Assembly: GCA_020059485.1 (NCBI GenBank) | Contig: JAGVCA010000039.1 | Coordinates: 3,354-67,353, forward strand | Length of the DNA: 64,000 nucleotides | Direction of reading: 5' to 3' | Origin: Anaerolineales bacterium | GTDB taxonomy: Bacteria > Chloroflexota > Anaerolineae > Anaerolineales > UBA11579 | Part shown: piece by piece, positions 1 to 8,547 of the stretch | Numbering within the stretch: the stretch's first letter is position 1 | Layout of the letters: the number at the start of each line of letters is the position of its first letter | Notes under the pieces: generated by a model | Database searches by the model: none | Told to the model about the DNA's origin: nothing | What the model saw: the letters and a program-made list of their open reading frames with translations, nothing else | Translations under genes and position numbers: made by a program

Positions 1-1069
1 AGGGCGAGGCCGGGTCATCCTGCCAGCCGCGCCACAAGGCGAGGTGCTCGAGCAGCAGCCAGGCGCGGGCATCGTTCTCCCCTGAAGCCCGTCCGGCAAA
101 GCCGCCGTTGAGGAAGTTCTGGTCGACCGAAACGCAGATCAGGCCGCGGCTGGCGAGCAGTTCGCACAGGTACGCGTAGCCGGGGTCCGAGAACTCAGTC
201 ATACTGTGATTGCCGTGCACGACCAGTACCAGGGGGAACGGCCCTTCTCCCACCGGATACCAGACCCAGCCGTTCAGCGGGTAAGCATCCTCGTCAAAAC
301 CGAAGAACCACTCCCGATACCTGGCATTGAAGCCGGAAAAACTGACATAGGGGGAGGCATCGACGGTCCCGGAGATCAGGCCGGTTTGTTCGCCGTATTC
401 GGGACGGCGGTCGGTGCCGGAGCCGTAGGTCAGGATTGAGACCGGGTAATTGCCGGGTTGTGAAAGGTCGGGTGCGGCGATCAGGGCCGGGCCGCGGGCG
501 GGATCGACCAGCAGCGGTTGGGCGGGCCTGCCAGGGTAGAACAGCAGGACAGCCACCGTCAGGATCCCGGCTACGCCGAGTGTGCCTAACAGAGAGATGA
601 AGACCTTCTTCCGCAGGGGCGCGGCCGTCCAGTCCCGGCGAATTGCGTGCCAGGCGACTCCGGCGCAGGCCGCCGAGAGCACCAGGCCGAGGTTCAGGAC
701 CCAGTGCAACCAGGTGCGCTGGCCCCAGGCATAGGTGCCGGCGATGACCGCCGTGATCACCGCCAGCCAGACGATCAATGGCAGCCGCAGCAGCCAGCCA
801 ACCAGCGCCTGGCCGAGAGTCAGGATCAGGAGATAGCCCAAGGCGGCCACGATCACCGGGGCGAGGATATCGACGATCGCACCGAGGCCACTGCGGCTGT
901 CGTAACCGTAGAATCCGGCCAGCAGCAGAATGACCAACCCGACAGTGGCCGCAGCCTGACGTTCCCAGCCAGGGGATGGCTTTAGAGAGGCCAGCCAGCG
1001 TCCGGCAGCGCCGACCACCTGGTGCAGCGCCGCACCGATCCCTTTCAGCCAATCCCAACGGTGATCCAT
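1..1069 (-). CDS. Membrane-anchored protein with the start of an alpha/beta-hydrolase-like domain. The 3' end is truncated by the window edge.
   Basis: Hand translation from the ATG at 1069-1067 gives MDHRWDWLKGIGAALHQVVGAAGRWLASLKPSPGWERQAAATVGLVILLLAGFYGY... The same frame later reads ...FPLVLVVHGNHSMTEFSDPGYAYLCELLASRGLICVSVD. It is absent from the ORF track because there is no stop codon inside the window. The listed ORF 294..1058 is in a different frame and looks like an Arg/Pro-rich artefact. Confidence 0.65.
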   Translation of the reverse strand, partial: MDHRWDWLKGIGAALHQVVGAAGRWLASLKPSPGWERQAAATVGLVILLLAGFYGYDSRSGLGAIVDILAPVIVAALGYLLILTLGQALVGWLLRLPLIVWLAVITAVIAGTYAWGQRTWLHWVLNLGLVLSAACAGVAWHAIRRDWTAAPLRKKVFISLLGTLGVAGILTVAVLLFYPGRPAQPLLVDPARGPALIAAPDLSQPGNYPVSILTYGSGTDRRPEYGEQTGLISGTVDASPYVSFSGFNARYREWFFGFDEDAYPLNGWVWYPVGEGPFPLVLVVHGNHSMTEFSDPGYAYLCELLASRGLICVSVDQNFLNGGFAGRASGENDARAWLLLEHLALWRGWQDDPASP

Positions 1070-1072
1070 CAC

Positions 1073-1627
1073 TTAGAGTTTCGGTAGTTCGATGGTCTGC
1101 TGGTGCTGGTATTTACCTTTCTTGTCGGCGTAGGAGGTCTCGCAGGCCTCGTCCGCCTCAAAGAACAGCACCTGGGCGATGCCCTCAAAGGCGTAGATCC
1201 GGGCCGGGAGCGGCGTGGTGTTCGAGATCTCCAGAGTGACATACCCCTCCCACTCCGGTTCGAAAGGGGTGACATTCACGATGATGCCGCAGCGGGCATA
1301 GGTGGATTTACCCAGACAGATGGTGAGCACCTGCCGTGGGATGCGGAAGTATTCCACCGTTCGAGCCAGTGCAAAGGAATTCGGCGGGATCACACAGACA
1401 TCGCCTTTGTAGTCGACCATCGAAGCGGGATCGAACTGCTTGGGATCGACCACGGCCGAAAAGACATTGGTAAAGATCTTGAACTCATCGGTGACGCGGA
1501 TATCATAGCCATAGGAAGAAACGCCATAGGAGATCACCCCCTCTCGCACCTGTCCGGGTTCAAAAGGTTCGATCATGCGGTGCTGCTCGGCCATCCGGCG
1601 GATCCAGTGGTCAGGTTTGAGTCCCAT
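1073..1627 (-). CDS. dcd: dCTP deaminase
   Basis: 184-aa ORF with [24 protein letters not shown]...[11 protein letters not shown]...[17 protein letters not shown]...[31 protein letters not shown], typical of Dcd/dUTPase-fold deaminases. Confidence 0.95.
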   Translation of the reverse strand: MGLKPDHWIRRMAEQHRMIEPFEPGQVREGVISYGVSSYGYDIRVTDEFKIFTNVFSAVVDPKQFDPASMVDYKGDVCVIPPNSFALARTVEYFRIPRQVLTICLGKSTYARCGIIVNVTPFEPEWEGYVTLEISNTTPLPARIYAFEGIAQVLFFEADEACETSYADKKGKYQHQQTIELPKL

Positions 1628-1654
1628 AATGTGTTCCTTTCAGATCGTTAATGA

Positions 1655-3406
1655 TTATTCTGGCGGGTACTGCAATTCGCCCCAATCGCTGGCATCGAAT
1701 AATTGGCTGAATAAATAATCGGCCCCTTCATCCTGCAAATAGAGCGGCTTCGAGAAGTCGGCGAAGTAGATCGGGAACAGTTCGGTGCTGATATGCCGGT
1801 TGTTGTAAATGATATGCCGGGCAACGATGGCGCGGGTGGTATTTTCACTGACCAGCAGCTGATCGAAGAACAGATTGCCAAGGCCATACATCAGCAGGCT
1901 GTCCTGATAAAAATCCATGCCGTGGGGCTGGTGAGCCTGGCTGCCGCTGACAATATCCGCGCCGGCATCGGCAACCAGACGGAAGTCCTCGAGGAGTTCA
2001 GGGATTGGGCGGAATTGGTAGACCTCGTGGTGCTGGAAGGTCATAATGACCACATACCCCTGCTCCTTGAGGCTGCTGATGGCACCGGTGACCTGGTCGA
2101 AATGGCACAAAATGGCCCCTGGCAAACCGCGCTCGCCGGGGGTATAGTAGCCGCCCTTGGCGTTGCAGCCGATAAAAGCGATCAAGTTGCCGTTGTGCTC
2201 GAGTTTAACGGGTTCGCGAGCCTCGTCAGGCGTCCGGGCGCCGCCGTAGTAGGGCCAACCCTCGGCTTCGTACAGATCGAGGGTATGGAGTGTGGCCTCC
2301 TGACCCCAATCACTGAAATGGTCTCCGGTAAGTTCGACAATGTCGGTGCCGATATAAGCCAGCAGTTCCAGATACTTATCGGCGCTGCAGAAACGCAGTG
2401 TGGCGTTTACCGGATTGGGATACGGGCAGTCCGAGGCAAAGGGGACTTCGTTGCTGATATGCAGGATATCGGCTTGCTGGAGCATAGGGCCCAGTTCACC
2501 CGCCGGATGCAGCACACCTTTCTGCTCCATTTCATAGGCAGTGGCCCGGGTCAGCGCGGTCACACCGGTGAGGACTACAGTGGTGAGTTTATCGGGGTCA
2601 CGGTTGGCGGCCGCAGGCATAAAGATTGCGAGGGCGGTTTGCATCTGGCCGACCGCGCCTTCATCCCGGCCCGAAACGGTTAGCGGGAAGGCCAGCGGAT
2701 AACCGCCGGCGATAAATTCCTTGCGGACGGGTGATTGTCCCTCCACCTCCAACACCTTCCATTCCGGGCGCAAGTCCTCAAAGGGGAGCAGCGTATATGC
2801 CGGCGCGTCAGCCCAGACAGTGGCAAGCAGTTCGCTTTCCGGGATCACTCTGACAACATTCCCCTGGTAAGTCCCCCAGGCGGCCGAGAGTAGCGATTCG
2901 GTCTGCGGCGAGAGATACAGAAGGGCATCACGAAAAACGCCGGAGCGCGCACCTTGCCAGGCACGGCTGATATCCTCAAAGGGAACGGCATCCACCAGGG
3001 AGGGGAAGGGGGCCGCCAGCGCCAAAACGATCACACTGGCCTGACTGCCGGCCTCAGCAGAAATCACCAGGTCGGCCCCCTGGCGTTCTGAGACGATCTC
3101 GAGCGGGATGGGGGCGACAAATCCAGACAATAAATCCTTTGGCAGGTAGGGCGCCAGCCAGAGACGGAAAACCGCCGGGGTCGGTTGGGTGGCTGGATCC
3201 ACTCCAGCGACATCCACCTGCGGCTGGAGCGGCGTCGGAAGCAAGGTGGACTGCGGGGACAGAGCCGTCAGGGCTGCGGGCAGGTCGACGGTCGGGGTTG
3301 GCGGCAGCAGCAGCGTATCAAGACTACAACCAACGGAGACCAAGACCAGGATCAGCACGGGCAGGCTGATTGCGCGCAGCCGCAGCACTCCTTTCGTCAG
3401 GTTCAC
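1655..3406 (-). CDS. CapA / PGA_cap family metallophosphatase-like protein with a signal or lipoprotein-type N-terminus
   Basis: 583 aa. The N-terminus LPVLILVLVSVGCS is lipobox-like. The C-terminal half (LTGVTALTRATA...ELTGDHFSDWG...IAFIGCN...SGSQAHQPHG...YGLGNLFFDQ) resembles the CapA poly-gamma-glutamate capsule synthesis family. The GTG start overlaps the upstream stop (GTGA). Confidence 0.8.
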   Translation of the reverse strand: MNLTKGVLRLRAISLPVLILVLVSVGCSLDTLLLPPTPTVDLPAALTALSPQSTLLPTPLQPQVDVAGVDPATQPTPAVFRLWLAPYLPKDLLSGFVAPIPLEIVSERQGADLVISAEAGSQASVIVLALAAPFPSLVDAVPFEDISRAWQGARSGVFRDALLYLSPQTESLLSAAWGTYQGNVVRVIPESELLATVWADAPAYTLLPFEDLRPEWKVLEVEGQSPVRKEFIAGGYPLAFPLTVSGRDEGAVGQMQTALAIFMPAAANRDPDKLTTVVLTGVTALTRATAYEMEQKGVLHPAGELGPMLQQADILHISNEVPFASDCPYPNPVNATLRFCSADKYLELLAYIGTDIVELTGDHFSDWGQEATLHTLDLYEAEGWPYYGGARTPDEAREPVKLEHNGNLIAFIGCNAKGGYYTPGERGLPGAILCHFDQVTGAISSLKEQGYVVIMTFQHHEVYQFRPIPELLEDFRLVADAGADIVSGSQAHQPHGMDFYQDSLLMYGLGNLFFDQLLVSENTTRAIVARHIIYNNRHISTELFPIYFADFSKPLYLQDEGADYLFSQLFDASDWGELQYPPE

Positions 3407-4953
3407 AGGTCCATCCCGGTGATGCCGCCGCGGTTTTCGACCGCAGTGCGGATGGCAGCCAATGAGCCGGCTGCCTGCTGTTCGAGCGTTTCCAATCTGG
3501 ACTGGAAGCGGGCGATCTGTTTGTCATCCTCCAGGCCGGAAAGGTTGATGCGGACATTCATGGCCGCGCCGGAGAGGGAAGAACGCGCCAGGGCGGCGGC
3601 AGCACCGGCATCGGAGACAGCGTTGATGTTGCCATGCTCGGCAACGAAGCGGGCCAGGTTCAGCACGGTGGCAGCGCGTTCTGCCACCTCCAGCGGGACC
3701 TCAGCCGCGTGCAATGTCGCCTGCTGGATTGCCTGGCCGCGGGTCAGGACCTGGTCTTCAGTATCTTTGGACAGCCGGAAAGCCGCCATGACGCCCTCGA
3801 AAGAAGCCGCATCGCGGGCAACGGCTTCGTACAGCGCAGTCTTGAGCTGATCGGCCTGCTCGGCAGCGGATAGCATCTCATTCTCGACATCGGCATACTT
3901 CTTCTTGCCGGCAGTGACCCGGGCGACCATCGCCACCAGAGCGGCTGCCATAGCCCCGGCATAGGCGGCTGCCGAACCACCACCTGGTGTGGGTGTACCG
4001 GCAGCCAGGTCTGCCAGGAATCCAGCCCCGTCAGCGGCGACATTCTGGCCGGCAGCCATCTCAGCCTGCATTTTATGCTCCAGGATCTGATCCTGGCTGA
4101 AATCGTCCAGCTGCAGGTACCAGACCGCCGCATCGATCAGGGCCTGCTGCGGGACCAGACCGATCAGTTCAGAATGGGTGATGGACGCGCCGTAACGGGC
4201 GGCTTCGCGCCGGATCATCTCTACTGCCTGGTGGATCGGCGTCCCCTTGAAATTGGTCAGGTTCATCGAGACCTGTGCCTGACCATCCACCAGCAGCCCA
4301 AGCCCTTTGACGTAGCGCAAGCCGCCGGAACTGTGCCGGATGGATTTTCCGACCGCTTTGGCGACCGCGACATCATCCGTGTTCAGATACACATTGTAGG
4401 CCACCAGGAAGGCGCGGGCGCCGATCACGGTAGCGCCAGCCTTGCCCATCTGGTTGGGGCCAAAATCCGGCTGGCGGTCCGGGTTGGTCTCGATCTCGGC
4501 CTTCAGGCCTTCGTACTCACCTTTGCGCAAATTGGCAAGGTTCTCCCGGTCGGGGCGGGTGGCGGCCTGCTCGTAGAGATAGACCGGGATATTCAGTTCC
4601 TCCCCAACACGCTGGCCCAGCCGACGGGCGATCTCGACGCAATCCTGCATACTGACGCCGGAGATCGGGATGAAGGGGACGACATCGGTGGCACCGATGC
4701 GAGGATGCTCTCCCTCCTGCTGCTCCATGTCGATCAATTCGGCGGCGCGGGATATGGCCGCATAGGCAGCTTGTTCGACTCCTTCCGGGGTGCCGACAAA
4801 GGTCAGCACGGAACGATTGTGGTCGGCATCGGAGCTGTAGTCTAGCAAGATGACATCCGACGTCTCGCGTACCGCCGCGACGATCTTCTCGACAACATCC
4901 AGACGGCGTCCCTCTGAAAAGTTGGGGACACATTCAACAAGTTTAGCGGCCAT
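3403..4953 (-). CDS. Bifunctional glutamate formimidoyltransferase / formimidoyltetrahydrofolate cyclodeaminase (fused FTCD)
   Basis: The start was moved to the ATG at 4953, which is preceded by GGAGGG. The N-terminus MAAKLVECVPNFSEGRR is the formiminotransferase signature. The Ala-rich helical C-terminal ~190 aa resembles the cyclodeaminase domain. Confidence 0.88.
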   Translation of the reverse strand: MAAKLVECVPNFSEGRRLDVVEKIVAAVRETSDVILLDYSSDADHNRSVLTFVGTPEGVEQAAYAAISRAAELIDMEQQEGEHPRIGATDVVPFIPISGVSMQDCVEIARRLGQRVGEELNIPVYLYEQAATRPDRENLANLRKGEYEGLKAEIETNPDRQPDFGPNQMGKAGATVIGARAFLVAYNVYLNTDDVAVAKAVGKSIRHSSGGLRYVKGLGLLVDGQAQVSMNLTNFKGTPIHQAVEMIRREAARYGASITHSELIGLVPQQALIDAAVWYLQLDDFSQDQILEHKMQAEMAAGQNVAADGAGFLADLAAGTPTPGGGSAAAYAGAMAAALVAMVARVTAGKKKYADVENEMLSAAEQADQLKTALYEAVARDAASFEGVMAAFRLSKDTEDQVLTRGQAIQQATLHAAEVPLEVAERAATVLNLARFVAEHGNINAVSDAGAAAALARSSLSGAAMNVRINLSGLEDDKQIARFQSRLETLEQQAAGSLAAIRTAVENRGGITGMDL

Positions 4954-5053
4954 ATTCCCTCCAGCAATTAAGGTTGAATGGTGCAATTATAACCCCTGGG
5001 CTTGGGAATCGCGCAAGGAGGGAAACGCTCAAACCCGGGGTAGCACGAGAAGA

Positions 5054-5069
5054 AACCACAGATGCACAC
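5054..5069 (+). repeat. Copy of the dispersed AACCACAGATG-type repeat, followed by degenerate CAC(A/G)G units to about 5150
   Basis: AACCACAGATGCACAC matches 15 of 16 nt of the repeat at 47751. It is followed by CACACGGTTG, CACACGGATAG, TTCACGGATTTG and GGATAGACAGATGAAAAC. It lies in the divergent intergenic region. Confidence 0.6.
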
Positions 5070-5330
5070 GGTTGCACACGGATAGCGAAAAGGTTTCACG
5101 GATTTGTTCGACCTATCAGCGCTGACTGAGCGAACGCGGATAGACAGATGAAAACCTGTTCACTTGCTTGTTTATTTGGATGTATCAATGTTACGCGATG
5201 GCAACAATGCGTTACCGACTGATTCAGGCAACCGGCAGGCCAAGAGTGGCAAGGCAGAATGGAAGCCGGGAGGCGCTCCCACTGGTATAATAAAGGATTG
5301 AGTGCAGGGAGTTCCTGCCCGAAAAAAGTG

Positions 5331-6908
5331 ATGCGATTATTACCGATTTCCGCCCAAACACATCCGCTGCGGCGGGCTGCGCTGGCAGCGATCCTCATGC
5401 TGCTGGCCGTCCTGGCCTGCAGTTTTCCCCGCACGACGCTAGGCGATAACAACCCGCTTCTGCCCCCTGACGGCGACAGCGCAGACTTCTTCTCCCGCCC
5501 AACCGAGGGACCGTATGCCGATTTCAGTTTTCTACCGGTACTGCGGGAACCGGGCGAGATGGTCCCGACCCCGACGCCGGACCCGGAGCGCAGCCTGCCG
5601 CCACTGCGAGACTCAGCAGTGACCTACACTGTGCGGGCCAACGATACCCTGGGTGGGCTGGCCAGGCGGTACGGGGTCAGTGTGGATACGTTGATGACCG
5701 AGAATGGGCTGAGCGATCCGAACGTGCTGTCGGTCGGCCAGGTTTTGAAGATCCCCCCGCCGATACTGGCCGATTCTGCCCCGGATACCAAGCTGATCCC
5801 GGATTCGGAACTGGTCAACGGACCATACAATGCCAAGGTGGACCTGGCAGCCTTCATCCAGAAACAGGGCGGCTGGCTGGCCTCCTACAGCCAGGAGGTC
5901 AATGGCGAAATGCTCACCGGGACTGAAGTGGTGATCCTGGTGGCGCGGAATTACTCGGTCAACCCGCGGCTGCTGCTGGCGGTCCTGGAATACCAAAGCG
6001 GGTGGCTGACCCGTCCGCAGGCCGAGATCACCGAGTTCGAATATCCGATCGGGATCCGCGATGACTGGCGGGCAGGGCTGTACTACCAATTGGCCTGGGC
6101 GGCCAACACCCTGAACCAGGGTTTCTATCTATGGCGGGTGAACGGATTGGGTGGCTTCACCAGCACAGATGCCCGCTTGATCCCGGCATCCCCGCGGATC
6201 AACGCCGGGACTGCCGCGCTGCACCTGATGTTTGCCGGTCTGTACCCTGAATTGGCCTGGCGACAGGTGGTCTCGCCGGAGGGATTCATCCAGACCTACC
6301 AGCAGTTGTACGGATACCCATTTGACTGGTCGGTCGAGCCGCTGGTACCGGCGGGGTTGAGCCAACCAGCGCTGCAACTGCCATTCGAGCCCGGTGTGCG
6401 CTGGACCTTCACTGGCGGGCCGCACGGCGGCTGGGACGGCGGATCGGCCTGGTCGGCGGTGGATTTTGCCCCGCCAAAAGAGGAATTCGGCTGCATTACG
6501 AATGACGAATGGGTGGTGGCGATGGCGGACGGGATGGTGGTCCGCTCGGACCATGGCGCGGTGGTGCAGGATCTGGATGGCGATGGGCATGAAGAAACCG
6601 GCTGGACGATCTTTTACCTGCATATCGAAAGCCGTGACCGGGTGCCGCTGGGGACAAGCCTGTCGGCCGGGGACCGGATCGGTCACCCCTCATGCGAAGG
6701 CGGGGTCTCGACCGGAACCCATGTCCACATCGCCCGGCGGTATAATGGAGAGTGGATCGCGGTCAACAGCGCGATCCCGTTTGTAATGGATGGCTGGCTG
6801 GTGGTGGACGACGGACAACTCTATGGTGGATATCTGCAGAAAGGCGAGCAGATCATCGAACCGTGTCAATGCAAAGATGATGAAAACAAGATCCAACGAC
6901 CGGAATGA
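5331..6908 (+). CDS. Secreted or lipoprotein LysM-domain protein with a C-terminal M23 (LasA-like) metallopeptidase domain, paralog 1
   Basis: Start moved to the ATG at 5331 (MRLLPISAQ...LLAVLACSF, signal/lipobox). LysM: YTVRANDTLGGLARRYGVSVDTLMTENGLSDPNVLSVGQVLKIP. M23: GGPHGGW...AVDFAP ... GHPSCEGGVSTGTHVHIARRYNGEWI (HxH). Confidence 0.85.
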   Translation: MRLLPISAQTHPLRRAALAAILMLLAVLACSFPRTTLGDNNPLLPPDGDSADFFSRPTEGPYADFSFLPVLREPGEMVPTPTPDPERSLPPLRDSAVTYTVRANDTLGGLARRYGVSVDTLMTENGLSDPNVLSVGQVLKIPPPILADSAPDTKLIPDSELVNGPYNAKVDLAAFIQKQGGWLASYSQEVNGEMLTGTEVVILVARNYSVNPRLLLAVLEYQSGWLTRPQAEITEFEYPIGIRDDWRAGLYYQLAWAANTLNQGFYLWRVNGLGGFTSTDARLIPASPRINAGTAALHLMFAGLYPELAWRQVVSPEGFIQTYQQLYGYPFDWSVEPLVPAGLSQPALQLPFEPGVRWTFTGGPHGGWDGGSAWSAVDFAPPKEEFGCITNDEWVVAMADGMVVRSDHGAVVQDLDGDGHEETGWTIFYLHIESRDRVPLGTSLSAGDRIGHPSCEGGVSTGTHVHIARRYNGEWIAVNSAIPFVMDGWLVVDDGQLYGGYLQKGEQIIEPCQCKDDENKIQRPE

Positions 6909-8538
6909 GAACAAACCTAGCCGCCGTTACTGGCAGTTGGGTTTGATCGCAGCAGTACTGCTGATGACCTCGGTGATGTGCACGACCGGCTATATCACCC
7001 CGGCCAGCCTGACCCAGACTGCCGTGTTCACCCCGGAGGAAAGCCGCCTGCCAACGGTGCAGTTCATCCGTCCAACCGAGACTCAGGCCCCGCCGCCCAC
7101 AGCGACAGCCACTGCCGACCCGCTGCTGGCGACCGCGACGTCCGTATTCAGCACACCAACCCCCTCCCTGACCCCCTTACCGACGGCCACCCAGATCGCG
7201 GCGGACACCCCGCCGCTGCAGTACTTTGCTCAGGCCGGGGATACACTGGACGGGCTGGCGAAACGCTTCAATGTCAATCCATTCGAGATCGTCTCGGACA
7301 AAACCATCCCTGAGACCGGCCTGATCTCACCCGGACAGATGTTGATGGTCCCGCAGCGGCTGCTGGTGACAACGCCCAAGATCCAAGTGATCCCTGATTC
7401 GGAAGTGGTGTATTCACCATCAGCAATCGACTTTCTTACCGATATCTACGTTGAGACCGTGGCAGGGTACCTGGCGGACTACCGCGAATATGCCAGCATC
7501 TATGGGCTGAGCAGCGGATCTGAGATCGTCGAAATGACCGCATTGAACCACTCGATCAACCCGCGGCTGCTGCTATCGCTGTTGGAATACAACAGCAGCT
7601 GGGTCTTTGGTCAGCCCGGTTCCTTCTCGGAAGAATCGTATCCGATGGGTTTTGCGGACGTGGATTCAACCTCCCTGATGACCCAGATGAACTGGGCTGC
7701 CAAGCAGCTCTCGATCGGCTATTATGGCTGGCGGGACGGATCCCTGACGGAGATCGTCTTCAAGGACGGCAGCAGTCTGCGGATCGCCCCGGAACTGAAT
7801 GCCGGGACAGTGGCTTTGATGTATTACCTGGCGCAGATCCATCCGCGGGATACATGGTTTGCCGCCATCGACCCGCAAACCGGGTTTATGTCCCAGCATA
7901 TTGCCATGTTCGGCGATCCGATCGACCGGGCGGCGATCGTAGAACCGCTGCTGCCGAGCGGGCTGCAACAGCCTGAGATGATCCTGCCATTCCAGGTCGG
8001 AGATAACTGGGCATATACCGGCGGCCCGCATGGGGCCTGGTCGGTGGAAGGGGCTCAGGCCGCGATCGACTTTGCCCCTGGCAGCAGCGCCGGAGGGTGT
8101 GCCCCTTCCGAATTATGGGCAGTCGCATCCGCCACCGGCCAGGTGATCCGCTCAGAAGATGGCATTCTGATCCTCGACCTCGATGGCGATGGCAACGAGC
8201 AAACCGGTTGGGCACTGTTCTACCTGCATATCCTGCCGCACCCGCGCATCAAGGTCGGGATGTGGATCAACCAGGGCGAGGTGATCGGCAAACCATCCTG
8301 TGCGGGGGGACGGGCAACCGGAACACATCTACACATGGCCCGCAAGTACAACGGCGAGTGGATCGTGGCAGATGGCCCGGTACCGATGATACTAAGCGGG
8401 TGGCAGGTGGGAGCCGGAGATGCGCCCTACAAGGGATATTTGATCAACGGCACCATAACGATAACGGCCTCGGAGAATGGTGACTTCACCTCGCGGATCA
8501 TCCGCGAAGTGGATGATCTCTCCGATCCGAACAGCTGA
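6877..8538 (+). CDS. Secreted LysM-domain / M23 (LasA-like) metallopeptidase protein, paralog 2
   Basis: The probable start MMKTRSND... at 6877 overlaps the end of paralog 1. TM/signal: LGLIAAVLLMTSVMC. LysM: YFAQAGDTLDGLAKRFNVNPFEIV. C-terminus: GGPHGAW...AIDFAP...GKPSCAGGRATGTHLHMARKYNGEWI. The exact start is uncertain. Confidence 0.8.
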   Translation: MMKTRSNDRNENKPSRRYWQLGLIAAVLLMTSVMCTTGYITPASLTQTAVFTPEESRLPTVQFIRPTETQAPPPTATATADPLLATATSVFSTPTPSLTPLPTATQIAADTPPLQYFAQAGDTLDGLAKRFNVNPFEIVSDKTIPETGLISPGQMLMVPQRLLVTTPKIQVIPDSEVVYSPSAIDFLTDIYVETVAGYLADYREYASIYGLSSGSEIVEMTALNHSINPRLLLSLLEYNSSWVFGQPGSFSEESYPMGFADVDSTSLMTQMNWAAKQLSIGYYGWRDGSLTEIVFKDGSSLRIAPELNAGTVALMYYLAQIHPRDTWFAAIDPQTGFMSQHIAMFGDPIDRAAIVEPLLPSGLQQPEMILPFQVGDNWAYTGGPHGAWSVEGAQAAIDFAPGSSAGGCAPSELWAVASATGQVIRSEDGILILDLDGDGNEQTGWALFYLHILPHPRIKVGMWINQGEVIGKPSCAGGRATGTHLHMARKYNGEWIVADGPVPMILSGWQVGAGDAPYKGYLINGTITITASENGDFTSRIIREVDDLSDPNS

Positions 8539-8547
8539 GTGATTTCC

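Noticed and set aside
294-1058. 254-aa minus-strand ORF from the track
   Set aside because: Its Arg/Pro/Gly-rich composition looks like an off-frame artefact. A different minus frame starting at 1069 gives a sensible TM plus hydrolase-like protein that runs off the window edge.
5096-5452. 118-aa minus-strand ORF in the FTCD/M23 intergenic region
   Set aside because: It overlaps the signal-peptide region of the M23 paralog 1 gene and the repeat-rich spacer. It has no recognisable motif or SD.
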